Below are positions 63,271-64,000 of a stretch of 64,000 nucleotides of DNA, one piece after another (within the stretch, counting starts at the first letter, position 1; every line of letters begins with the position of its first letter). Location: NCBI RefSeq assembly GCF_018977255.1, contig NW_024704743.1, positions 60,328,001 through 60,392,000 of the forward strand, written 5' to 3'. The notes under the pieces were generated by a model. That model was not told the origin of the DNA. It searched no databases and saw nothing but the letters and a program-made list of their open reading frames with translations. A program made the position numbers and the translations under genes. The DNA comes from Callorhinchus milii (taxonomy: Eukaryota).

Positions 63271-64000
63271 AGAATCAGCCTTTTCCATCACTTTCTGGGG
63301 TACATAAATGTCTACTGGCCACGTCTCAACAAATCCTGAGTCAAGAGGAGCTCTGGCACTTATTTGTTGGCAGTCTCAAAATCTCAAAGCAGATTCATGA
63401 TAGAGCAGCCAAGCATTTGCCTTGCATTCTGTCATGGAAACAATTATTGGCCTTAAACATAAAAAATCTGTTTCAAATTTCAGCTTCAATGTGCACTGGG
63501 ACATGTGTGGTTACAAAGCTGAAGTCTGTTCTTTTGAGGGGGAATGAATCATCGCCCCCATAAAATCGTTACGTTTTTACATATGGGCTAAAGATGGAGC
63601 ATAACAATTAATGACTGGTCTCCATGGTAGGAGAGAATCATACGTTTCTGAGCCACCTAGTACTGTTGTTTTTTTACATGTATTTTATATACATATACAT
63701 ACAATGGGCATTTCTGCTGAATGTGAATTGTGCTACATATGTAAAATGAATACTATGTACAAAATCCCCACTCCCAGGAGGCACAAATATTGGGTGAAAA
63801 ATAATTATTGCTCCTTAATCTTATCTAATTGATAGTATTTATCTTGAAACTAATCTCACACACTAACCTAGGTATTCTGAACTATAGTACTGATGTATGA
63901 GAGCATCATGCTGGCCCAATTACTTCATAGTCTCTCTGGGTTCAGGTTTTAGTGACAGATTATGTCTTTCAATACATTTTATATTGCAGAGCTCAGTGCA

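Overview
Vertebrate genomic DNA, most likely from a cartilaginous fish. The tRNA-head SINEs with L2-type tails, Deu-domain SINEs and CR1/L2 relics suggest a shark or chimaera (inferred). Two intron-containing genes lie on the minus strand in the conserved vertebrate order. The first is COL1A2: canonical exons 13-52 at 35703-61477, with exons 1-12 beyond the right edge. The second is CASD1: exons 1-3 at 23099-1467, with the rest beyond the left edge. Top finding: COL1A2 has two diverged, fully intact 54-bp Gly-X-Y exons where orthologues have a single exon 24. They are separated by only 39 nt, with a branch-point-like motif 13 nt from the upstream donor. This architecture predicts mutually exclusive splicing inside a fibrillar collagen triple helix, which would keep the helix at 1014 residues. 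Other observations include a 1-nt frameshift in CASD1 exon 2 (artefact or real), a minisatellite carrying about 24 copies of the CASD1 exon-1 donor 9-mer, and a 1.8-kb GGGTCA/GA array upstream of CASD1. The alpha2(I) helix is very proline-poor and has an altered collagenase site. There is also a miRNA-site cluster in the 3'UTR, a CTCF motif between the genes, and several MITE, hAT and R4-like relics. Comparisons with human proteins are from recall, and repeat boundaries are approximate.
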